Assembly (NCBI GenBank): GCA_964016885.1
Contig: OZ024740.1
Span: 354,392,001-354,456,000, forward strand
Length of the DNA: 64,000 nt
Origin: Eledone cirrhosa
Lineage: Eukaryota
Reading direction: 5' to 3'
Part shown: piece by piece, positions 25,748-36,413 of the stretch
Numbering within the stretch: the first letter of the stretch is position 1
How the letters are laid out: each line of letters opens with the position of its first letter
Notes under the pieces: generated by a model
The model's database searches: none
Seen by the model: only the letters and a program-made list of their open reading frames with translations
What the model was told of the DNA's origin: nothing
Made by a program: the position numbers and the translations under genes

Positions 25748-25934
25748 ATTGTTTCTACTTTAGGCACAAGGCCAGCAATTACCCAGTGCATTACTGGTAC
25801 TTTATTTTATCGACCCCGTAAGGATGAAAGGCAAAGTCAACCTCGGTGAGATTTGAACTCAGATCGTAAAGGGACGTAACTATGCTGGAAAGCATGGCGT
25901 CCGACCCTCTACCGATACTGCCAATCCACCGCCC
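25747..25934 (-). mobile_element. SINE S1 (reverse)
   Basis: Reverse S1 consensus, separated from the previous copy only by (TA)n. Confidence 0.9.
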
Positions 25935-25952
25935 TATATATATATATATAAT

Positions 25953-26151
25953 AATGGTTTCTGATTTTGGCACAAGGCCAACAATTTTAGAGGAGCGGAA
26001 AGTTGATTAAATTGACCCAGTGCATTACTGGTACTTTATTTTATTGACCCCTACAGATGAAAGGCAAAGCTAACCTTGGCAGGATGTGAACTCAGAATGT
26101 AAAGGACCGTAACTCTATGCTGCAAAGCAAGGTCACCAACGCTCTACCGAT
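25953..26151 (-). mobile_element. SINE S1-related longer variant (reverse)
   Basis: Same head and core, with an extra segment before the tail. Confidence 0.8.
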
Positions 26152-28053
26152 TATAATGATATAAACACCGACACCCAAATTGACATTTATTTAAAGAAAG
26201 TAGAAAATTAAAAACAGAAAATGATCTAATGCAAGCACTATAACAATAAAGTTTCTTCTTAAAAATTTTCAAAATAAACAAAATTGTGTATCAATAGTAG
26301 AAATAATCATTATAAATAAATAAGGGCAGTGGGTTGGCAGGATTGCCAGAAAATAAGACCAAATGTCTTGTGGCATTACATCTCAGTTCTTTACATTGTG
26401 TTGAAATCCTGCTAGAATAAAGTACCAGTCATGTACTGAAGCAAATGTAATTGACTTTTCCCCTCCCTCAAAATTGCTTGCCTCATACCTAAATTAGAAT
26501 CAATTATTATAAATAACTTGTTGGTGCTAGGAAGGGCATCCAGCTGGAGAAACCAAGCCAGAAATCGGTTATGTATGAGCAAGACATGGTCACCTGACCT
26601 GGTATTGCTTACAACAGGGTAACTAATCTAACCCATGCCAGTGTGGAAAATGGACGTTAAAACGGTGGTGAAGATGAAGATGAACTCAACCTAATTGTTG
26701 TATGTATTCATCTGATTTTTTTTTATCTAAGAAGGATGGCTCCCATATGCCAATATACTCCTTGACTCCCCTCCATCTATCTCCCTCTACCCAAAACCCA
26801 AAGAAGCAGAGACATGGTACAACATTTAGGTCCTTCCCACACCTGCCTATCAGTATATTTCCTAATTATCCTGCCTCCTCTGCCTTAAAGCTTCTGATTC
26901 TCCCCCCACCGACACTAAACCTGAAGAAGCAAAGAGAGGGAACTGTCCACTCCAAGCCACCAGAGAAAGCCAGACACCAGCCCAGTCTGTAAAGTAATAT
27001 TGCTAATGCCACTGTGAAAAGATTTCAGTCCACAAGGTGGTAGTGCCAAAGTCACAATAAAATGCTTCCAGTACACACTGTAAAGTGAATGGCGTGTAGA
27101 ACCAAACCCAAACGAAGTGGATGAGCAGGATGTGGTCACCTGACTGGTTTGGCTTCAGCACATGACAAACCATCTAACACATGCCAGCAGGGAAAATAAA
27201 CATCAAATGGTGGGGTGATGATGATGATGATACTGTTGTTATGGCACACACCTATGTAGATTTAGATGACCTCCTATGTGCTTACATCTCATAGAAAGTG
27301 TCTCAGGTTTTTTAAGCTTTCATTACCATATTTCTAATGAAATATATTACCTATGTGTTTCAATTAATTTTGAAAATAAGCAAACATTTAAAGAAATTTA
27401 ATGAAATAATTAGGTTTTTCATCAATAAGCTGATATTTAGAACATTACTTGGGACAAATTTCTAAAATAGAATTATTATGAAATGCTTTAATATAATGAT
27501 AGACATTTTAAAATGAGCAGTTTCAGGTGGTTTGGCAGTGTCAGCAGCATCATCGTCATCAACATCATCATCATCGCTACAATATGCATATACCATTGAC
27601 AGTGCTGATGCTAATGATGACAACACCATCAGTAAATCAATAAGGGAACCTTGTTGTAACCAGATATACTAGAAATAGCAGTCAAATATTCCTCAAATCA
27701 CACACTATCATCTTAAGAAAAGAAAGAGCACAATGGATAATAGAGCACAGGGTCCTCTATGCTTAAGCAAGAAGTTTGGATAGTCATGGCTGAAATGCCT
27801 TTCATCATAGGTCTGCTTCATCAGAGCCAACTTGGAGCTAAACGACAACACCACCACCACAATAACAGAAAAACAATATGCAAGCACACTGACAGCAATA
27901 ACAGATACCATGTTTGGTCAAAAAAAAGAAACAACAATGATAGTGTATAAACAATATATTAGATTCCATAGGATTAAGCCAATTATGCTGGGGCTTCTAA
28001 TCTCTTCATAAACCAGAATAAACTAAAAAGAACACAAATAAGCACACTATACA

Positions 28054-28317
28054 TGTATTCCTCTCGGTACTCGCAGAGAAAACACAACGAGTTATATCAA
28101 ATAATTTGCGAAACAACCAAAACGCCCCTCCTCGCAGTAGCAGAATAACATAAAGTAAGTAAGTAGCAGTGTGTGACGGAGTTTTTAATACCAACGCTGA
28201 CAGACTGCCCAGGTCACGTGATTCATATGCAAATGTGTGAGCATGTGTAAATTGAATAGAAATTTAACAGTCCATACAACAATGAGGTTGTGAGTTCGAT
28301 TCCCAGTCCATACAACA
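28054..28317 (-). repeat. 3' LTR
   Basis: Matches 32676-32951 apart from 7 substitutions, one 9-bp indel and 3 missing terminal nt. PPT GGTGGGGAGG adjoins at 28318-28327. Confidence 0.93.
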
Positions 28318-28351
28318 CCTCCCCACCGAAATTGATGCGACAAAAGAAGCA

Positions 28352-31300
28352 TCAACAGCAAAGTCTCTCTGGGGGTTTACGAGTTCTCTTGGACCGTCTT
28401 CGATTGTCTGGTCCATACTCTGGAATGGGCAACAAGGTCTTGGGTCTGGTCTGTCTTGGAGTTAGTGGCACGATTTCCGAGATCTCCATCAGATGATCTG
28501 TTGCAAATTCAAAAACAGTGTCTACTGCATCACCAGGTTCATTGTCTTCCTCAGTAGTGTACCGTGGTTGCGGCTGTTCCCAGTGTCATCTCCACACCGG
28601 GCCATGAGGTATGACCTTAACGTTGAAGCAGCGAGTACCCAATGACTTCTTAATGATTGCTGGTACCCATCGGGGATCTTTGTCTCAGCGAGGTCCGTAG
28701 TACAGTGCATACACAGGATCTCCAGCCTTGTACTGCCTGGTAACCTTAGCGACACCTGCCGAGTCCGGAGTCATCTGAGACTGATATGCTTCCTTAGACT
28801 GCTTGCCTTGAGCGATGTGTGCTGGCGAGGGCAGCAGAGAATCAATCCTTGTCCGTATCTGCCGGTGATTCAAAAGTTCACTCGGAGAGAATCCACTGGA
28901 TGTCGGTGTTCTCCGGTACTGCATCAAGAACTCTTGAAGTGCTCGCTTCGGCGGAAGAGAAGTCTTCCTCAGAGCTTGTTTGAAGGTCTGCACCAAACGT
29001 TCCGCTGCTCCGTTAGTAGCTGGGTGGTAAGGTGCCCCTGTCAGGTGCGTGATCCCACGTTCTTTGCACCAGCTCTGGAACTCCTCAGAAATAAAAGTTG
29101 GTGTGTTATCGGTGACTAGCGTGTGAGGAAATCCGAAGTGCGCAAAGTCTTCTTCAAGCAGATCTAAAGTGGCTCTGGAAGACGTGGATGACGTAGGATG
29201 AATGCATGGATACTTGGAATAAGCATCCGTGATCACCAACCAATTACTGCCCATGAAATTTATTGCATGGTCCAGGTGTAAGCAGCTCCACGGCTTTTCA
29301 GGTAACATCCATGGGTGAACTGGAGACTTGGATGGATGGTTTTGATGTTCACCACACGAATCACATTGTCGACTGGTTTTCTCTATAGCAGCATCGATAC
29401 CAGGCCAATAAACAGCAGTTCTTGCCAATTGTTTCATGCGCTCCATGCCAAAGTGTCCGAGATGCAGAAGATTGAGGATCTTTGGCTGTAAGCTATGTGG
29501 AATCACAACTCTCGATCCATGGATAAGGCATCCGTGGCAGATACTAAGTGAATCCGATAACTTCCGGAACTTATTGACTTCGTCATTGATCTCAGTATTC
29601 TTTGGTGGCCAGCCTTCACGGACGTAGCGTATCACTGTAGATATCACTGGATCTTTCCCTGACTCTTGACGGAGGATGTTAGAATCGATAGGTTGGACTT
29701 GAAGACTGAGAGCTTTGATGGCGCACACCATGTCCATGTCTTCACCATTTTCCTTCCTGTCAAAGTCGATGTCATTACCAAATGGCAAGCGACTGAGGGC
29801 ATCTGCATTGCCATGATCCGCTGTTTTCCGATATTCGATGGTGTAGTCAAACTGGTTCAGCCACAGGGCCCACCGTGCTAGTCGGTTAGCAACGAGAAGT
29901 GGCGTCCCTTTCCTCAGACTGAACAGTGATGTCAGTGGCTTGTGGTCAGTTACGAGTATAAACTGATGTCCGTACAGATACTGATAGAGCTTCTGCAAGC
30001 CAAATATGATGGCCAGGACTTCCTTTTGAATTTGGCCATAGTTACGCTGTGCAGAAGTAAGAGTCTTGGACACATTGGATATTGGGCGCTTGCTTCCATC
30101 AGGATAGCGATGAAACAGGACTGCTCCAATACCAACGTTTGATGCGTCGCAAGCCAGTCCCAAAGTTTTGTTTGGATCGAAGTGTATCAGAACTCGATCC
30201 GATGAAAGCACATTTTTCAACTGATCGAAAGCTGACTGTTCTTCATCTCCCCACTTCCAAGTAGTCGTTTTTTTCGTAAGGCAATAGAGTGGCTCTGCCA
30301 TGCTGGCCAGGTTTGGGATAAACTTTCCATAGAACTGAACTGAACCCAGGAAAGACTTCAAGCTTGAGACATTCGTTGGAGGTGGCATCTTTAAAACTGC
30401 TTCGACCTTGGATCCCTTCGCGATCCCTTCAACCGACAAGGTGTATCCAAGGTATTCCACACTGGGTAGTGCAAACTGGCACTTGTCACGGCGACATCTG
30501 AGTCCTTTGTCGCACAGACGTGTGAGCAGACACTTTAGGTTGTTCAGGTGATCGTTTGCATCTTTCCCACTGACGAGCATGTCGTCCTGGAAGACGGCCA
30601 CACCAGGTAGATCTTGAGTCAGGTTTTCCATGATCTCCTGAAAGTAACCAGGTTCTGACTTGATTCTGAAAGGGAGTCGTTCCTGCAGGAGCACCCCACG
30701 GTGAGTGCTGAGTGCAAGCCTACGTTGACTTTCTGGAGCCAGCTTGATCTGATTATAAGCATCAGCAAGATCAATCTTTGTGTATCCGAATCCACCTCCG
30801 AGCTTCTGCATCAGTTCCTCTGGGAGTGGCATTGGATGACGATGATCTGCAAGTTGGTCATTAATTCCCCCAGAGTAGTCACCACAAATCCGTAGTTTGG
30901 GCTTCAGGTTGCCTGAAGTGTGTGCTTTACGAATCGGTACCACTGGCGTTCCGTATTCGTTGAACTGTACTGGCTTCCAGATTCCTTTGGCGATGCCTTC
31001 TTCGTAACCTTTGGCCAGGTCATCACGAAGAGCAAACGGGACCGGGCGTGCCTTGTGAAAGACCGGTGTCGAGTCCGACTTGAACTTCACTTCCAGTTCG
31101 AAGTCATTAAGACATCCCAATTCTTGCTTGAAGAGATCTGGGAATTCATCACACATGTTGTGACAATCTTGTTGCATGGAAATATAGGGCTCATTTGAGG
31201 TCTTTGGATGCATCACTTCTGCACCCTCACTTTTGGTCTGGCTGTCTATGCTTTTCAATCCTAGAGCATTGTCCACGGAAATTCCCAGAGTCTGGATAGC

Positions 31301-32590
31301 GTTTCGTCCCAGCAAATTAAGATCAGGGATCTTGGTGACGATGTAGGGTATTGAATTCCGGTTACCGGTCGTTGGATCCTTGGTTTGGCCCATGAAAGTT
31401 CCCAGAACGGGCAGGTCGTGCTTGTTGGCAGATTCAAACCGATGTTTGACATCTTGCAGCTTCGGTTTTCCTAATTGTTTCCAAACTGACAAGGAAACAA
31501 AATTGCCTGTAGTAGCTGTGTCCAATTCCATTGTGAAAAGTCTGTTCTGGATTGTTATTGGCACATTCAAACTATGAGTATTGTGGGGAACTTCACCAAG
31601 GATCGCCTTGACTAGCTCAGCTTTCGTGATTCTTTTCACGTAATTCTGTGAGCGATGATTACGTTGCTGATGTTTCTTTCTACACACCACTTGCAAATGT
31701 CCCTTTTTGTCACAAAAATGACATTTGGCTTCTTTGAAGGGGCAGTCTGTCGCTTTGTGGGCCTTTCCACATCGGTAGCACATCTCCTGGTCTGTGGAAT
31801 AAGACTGCTGATGGTTCTTTCGAGGACCCTTGTTCTTGTTCTGCTGGACCTTGTAGACTTGCTTGGTTTTGGAACCGTAAACAGTTTCCTTGGCAACCTT
31901 TGCTGCGTCTTCGGTCCCGATGGCAACTTGGACAGCACGGGCGAAATCTAGTTCTGTATCCTTGATCTTGAAAATAGCCTTCAACACAGCTTCATTATTG
32001 ACAGAACATATAAATCTCTGTCTTAGAGCTTCATCTTGTGGATTTGTGATCAAAGGAAAATCACAGGTAGCTGCATCCTAACGTATACGTGCTGCCAGCT
32101 CCTGGAGAGTTTCGCCTGGCTTCCGTTGCATGTCACTCCAGAACTTGAAACGTTCTCTCACAATGAAAAGTTTTGGGTCGAACTGTTCTTTCATGAAGTC
32201 AACAATTTCGTCCATTGTCAACTTGTTGATATTCTTAGGCGGATTTTGTTGAGCAACCAGATTTGCAAGTTGTTTGTAGATAGCAGCTGTCTGATTAGTC
32301 AGGAACACTTGTGCCATGCGTTGCTCGGGTACAGCGTTAGCAGCCACAAACGTGCAGAATCTTGACCAGTAATCAGGCCATAGTTCTGTTGTTGAATCAA
32401 AAGCAGCAAATGGTGGGATGAATGCTGTTGGTGTCGAAGCAACTGGCGATGCCAATAAACTCTGTTGTTCAGAATCTCGAGCACCAAACAGTTTTATCAG
32501 AGTGTCCATATCTTTCTTGTGTTGTTGCATTTGTTGTTCCATCTGTTCTCTAAACAACTTTATTAGCTCCGCTGTTTGTTGTTCCGCCAT
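28352..32590 (-). pseudogene. Gag-Pol polyprotein (1413 codons) with three in-frame stops
   Basis: Two gag knuckles (CYRCGKAHKATDC, CHFCDKKGHLQVVC), protease LDTA, RT ICGDY/KIDLADAY/FQDD, RNase H ACDAS...TDHKPL, integrase HHCC plus DDE. Stops: TAG at 32078, TGA at 28685 and a further TGA near 28587. Ends RRSKRTRKPPERLCC*. Confidence 0.92.
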
Positions 32591-32648
32591 GTTTTTGTGA
32601 TAAACAATTTCCCGGCAATGTAGGTAAATCCTATCGGCAATGTAGGTA

Positions 32649-32667
32649 AATCCTATCGTCGACGCCA
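32649..32667 (-). other. Primer-binding site (tRNA 3'-end complement, Ser-like)
   Basis: Minus strand TGGCGTCGACGATAGGATT is complementary to a tRNA-like ...AATCCTATCGTCGACG-CCA end. The G discriminator suggests Ser; identity not verified. Confidence 0.7.
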
Positions 32668-32675
32668 ATAAACTC

Positions 32676-32951
32676 TGTTGTATTCCTCTTGGTACTCGCA
32701 GAGAAAACACAACGAGTTATATCAAATAATTTGTGTAATTTGCGAAACAACCAAAACGCCCCTCCTCGCAGTAGCAGAATAACATAAAGTAAGTAAGTAG
32801 CAGTCTGTGACCGCGTTTTTAATACCAATGCTGACTGACTGCCCAGGTCACGTGATTCATATGCAAATGTGTGAGCACGTGTAAATTGAATAGAAATTTA
32901 ACAGTCCATACAACAATGAGGTTGTGAGTTCGATTCCCAGTCCATACAACA
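32676..32951 (-). repeat. 5' LTR
   Basis: TGTTGTA...TACAACA inverted termini; followed on the minus strand by the PBS. Confidence 0.93.
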
Positions 32952-33029
32952 ATACATGATTACAAGGTGCATATAGACTACATCCAAAAACCAGTTACAC
33001 AATGAAACAAAAATACTAAAAATGAAACC

Positions 33030-33376
33030 ACCTGGACATGCAAGGGCCAGTTTGTTATCATAGCAAACTTCAGCTCCTACTTCGGGCTGCACTTCAGGCT
33101 GTGGAGGGTAAACTCTCCTAGTATCAGTTGCTCTCTAACAGGTTTGCAGTCGAGCCCCTAACAGTGGAGACTTCTGGTGTCCTTGGCCCTAGGGCCACCT
33201 CCCTACATACCACCATAGGCGCTGAGCTGGCTAGCTACAGGTGTGAGCCTCGTGAGATGGAATGGCTCTTCCAGCGCATCTCCCTTACCATCCTCCGAGG
33301 AAACACTGTCTCCATTCTGTCCGCCAAGGCCGTGGGCGGCCAGTACATGGAACCCCATTTTCTCATAATACAGTAA
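33030..33376 (+). mobile_element. 3' fragment of a CRE-like (restriction-like endonuclease) non-LTR retrotransposon
   Basis: AALQAVEGKLS*YQLLSNRFAVEPLTVETSGVLGP...EPREMEWLFQRISLTILRGNTVSIL resembles the CRE-clade C-terminal pattern (VETLG.WG...QRISLAIQRGNAASIL). Confidence 0.7.
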
Positions 33377-34101
33377 GATGGAGGCGATGACAGTGGGAGT
33401 TCGGTTCTTCTGCGTTTGGACCTGGTATGCAGCGTCAGTTGTCCGTCTTGATGTGTTCTCTCACTCCCTATCTAAAGATAGTGTGGAGAAATGCTTAAAG
33501 CATCTTTACAGTCAAATTAAGACAGCTCAATAATTAGGTAATGTTGTGTTATTATGTTAACTCCCTAATTGTGGCAGGTAACAGTTTTAGTAGAGAGGTA
33601 GATTGGGTAAATAATAGTTTAAATAAACAGCATATTTAAATTGAACAATTTCATTAATTCATAACCCTTGACTGGAACTATATTTTAAAAGGAAGAAAAG
33701 CAAAGTTAACCTTGGCTGGGTTTGAACTCAATGCACAGAGACCCAGAACAAAATAGTCTAAAGCTTTTTCTTCCAACCTCTAATGACTGACAATTTGCTA
33801 CCTTTAAATGTAAATGATCACTTTGAAAGGTGGCCATCTACATTCTCCCTATTATGTTTCTAAATATAACAAAGCTTCACGGGTCACTAAACATTAGCAC
33901 CTAGACAATTGTGGGTAGAGATAATATTAAACAGTTTTTAGTTCACATTGCACTACAAATTTTCTTAAGCAGCCACAAACCTAATTACTAAGCAGATTTA
34001 AACATTAACATCAATAATTAAATAGTGATGGATGTTTGAACAACATGAAGCATCAGCAAAATGGTTATTTTGATTATTAACGAAATCACAAGACCAAACC
34101 A

Positions 34102-34157
<56 letters not shown>

Positions 34158-35124
34158 GGAATTTTGTAAAAAATATCCATAGTTGACAGAAGCACTCAGT
34201 CTGATGGACAAGTTGTAATATACAACATTTTCTGTGTATATATATATACACACACAAACACACAAGGAATTCCAACTTTGTCTGATTTACTCGCTTTATT
34301 TACAATCCTTTAAAATTATAAAGATATTATGAAATAATATGGTAGAATATTAAATGAAATAGTATGGTAGAGTGTTAATTGAACAAGTACTTTCATGCTT
34401 TCGCAATCTTCAGGTTCATATTCTGTGGTGACAGTCAAGTTTGCAATTTTCAACTGTAATGAGATGGGTAAATTTTGTGCCTTATATACAGTGAAAAGCG
34501 GCTACAGAATGCTAAGTTTTGCCAACTGTATTTCAACCAATCGGTGTGTAGTTTCACTGGATTACTAAAGGTGATTGGTTTAGGTGTCACGGTTGGTTGA
34601 GCATGTCTAGCGACTTCTATTTGACCCTATCCAAAGCATCAATTATTTTGTTAATTTTAGAAATGATGAAAATAGCATTTTCTAGGCTTTTTATAAAAAG
34701 TCTTCAGTAATCATGACCATCAACATCACTTTTATTATTATTATTGTTGTTGTTGTAGTGGTAGTTGACATGGTTGTAGGCATAGTCATAGTAGGAGTAT
34801 ATATATATATATATATATACACAAAATTTGGTTAAATTCACATTTACATGTTATATTGAGGAAGTTACAAGTGAGGTAGAAACTTTCTCAGTGAAATATG
34901 TAAATGTGAACTTAACCAAATTTTGTATATTACTTGTCCATATATATATATATATATATATAGTATTAAGGATACTATTTATGGTTATGTATATAATAAA
35001 ACCTTTTATGGTTATATATATTTAAACTTAAATAGTGAAAGACAATAATTCATTACTATCTTATTACCAGTAAGATAAATAGCTCAATGTAATAACATCA
35101 GTTGTTTTACAGAGCAGTTATATA

Positions 35125-35543
35125 GAAATTACATGAATCAAAGTTCAGTTTAAATCATTTATTTGCTTACAATTGTTTCCTCCAAACTGAGGTTTGGATT
35201 CTTCGGAGCAACTATTTAGTGATTTTTCACATACTTGACCTCCTTATTAACACAAGAGACATACAAAAACATATGTATATATTGACCCACAGTGGGTTGA
35301 CATCCATCATAATGATATAGCATGGCAATTTACATACAAAGGTTACATTCATATTAAAGGACAAAATTAAAGTTAAAATAAAAATAAAAATAAAACATTG
35401 GCAGTTTATGAAGATAAGGAGGTTGATAAGGAGGTCAAGTATGTGAAAAATCACTAAATAGTTGCTCCGAAGAATCCAAACCTCGGTTTGGATGAAACAA
35501 TTGTAAGCAAATAAATGATTTAAACTGAACTTTGATTCATGTA

Positions 35544-35548
<5 letters not shown>
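35125..35548. mobile_element. 424-bp fold-back MITE with ~127-bp inverted arms
   Basis: 35125-35251 is the reverse complement of 35422-35548 with about 3 mismatches; TATA flanks. Confidence 0.88.
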
Positions 35549-35594
<46 letters not shown>

Positions 35595-35606
35595 CATACA
35601 TACATA

Positions 35607-35896
35607 CTCTTGGATCTCAATAGACAGGGGAATAAGCAAGGGCGGCATGGAGGGAGGGGGGGGGGGAAGCAGTAATACTTTTAGGTTGTCTCTGTTGATT
35701 TTAAAAAAACCCAGAATTAGTCGTTTAGTTGACATATTGAAAGTCCAACCCATCGTATTTATTTTATAACAAATGGGATGTCTAGTAATGTACATTTTTT
35801 GTCATTCATGTTTTTTAAGAAAAATTGTCGCATGAATGCTACCACTTAAAATAAAATTTTTAAGTGGAAGGGGGACGATTATTCGAGACCCAAGAG
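35607..35896. mobile_element. 290-bp TA-flanked MITE with CTCTTGG termini
   Basis: TA|CTCTTGGATCTCAATA ... TATTCGAGACCCAAGAG|TA, inserted in a microsatellite. Confidence 0.7.
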
Positions 35897-35930
35897 TACA
35901 TACATATATATATATATATAATATATATAC

Positions 35931-35961
<31 letters not shown>

Positions 35962-36196
35962 CATATATACATATATATACATATATACATATATAGACAT
36001 ACATATATGTATATATACATATATAGACATACATATATATATACATATATATAGACATATATATATACATATATATAGACATATATATATATACATATAT
36101 ATAGACATATATATATATATAGACATATATATATATACATATATATAGACATATATATATATATACATATATAGACATACATATATATATATATAG

Positions 36197-36227
<31 letters not shown>

Positions 36228-36300
36228 GACATACATATATATATATATATAGACATACATATATATATATATATAGACATACATATATATATATATATAG

Positions 36301-36337
<37 letters not shown>

Positions 36338-36344
36338 TATAGAC

Positions 36345-36377
<33 letters not shown>

Positions 36378-36413
36378 TAGACATACATATATATATATAC
36401 ATATATATATATA
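35897..36413. repeat. Compound (TA)n/TAGACA/TACA microsatellite
   Basis: Directly visible. Confidence 0.95.

Larger units (their letters stand above)
28054..32951 (-). mobile_element. Full-length Ty3/Gypsy LTR retrotransposon (Mag-like), about 4.9 kb
   Basis: Two ~270-bp LTRs, 5-bp TSD ATACA (28049-28053 and 32952-32956), PBS, PPT, and a single gag-pol frame in PR-RT-RH-IN order. Confidence 0.96.

Noticed and set aside
32078-32080. Programmed gag-pol stop-codon readthrough
   Set aside because: The TAG lies mid-gag, upstream of the zinc knuckles, in ARIR*DAATCDF. A CAG>TAG mutation is simpler, and other stops are present.
28808-32600. Short antisense and alternate-frame ORFs within the Gypsy element (likewise in the RTE copies)
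   Set aside because: Shadow ORFs of GC-richer coding sequence with no recognisable motifs.
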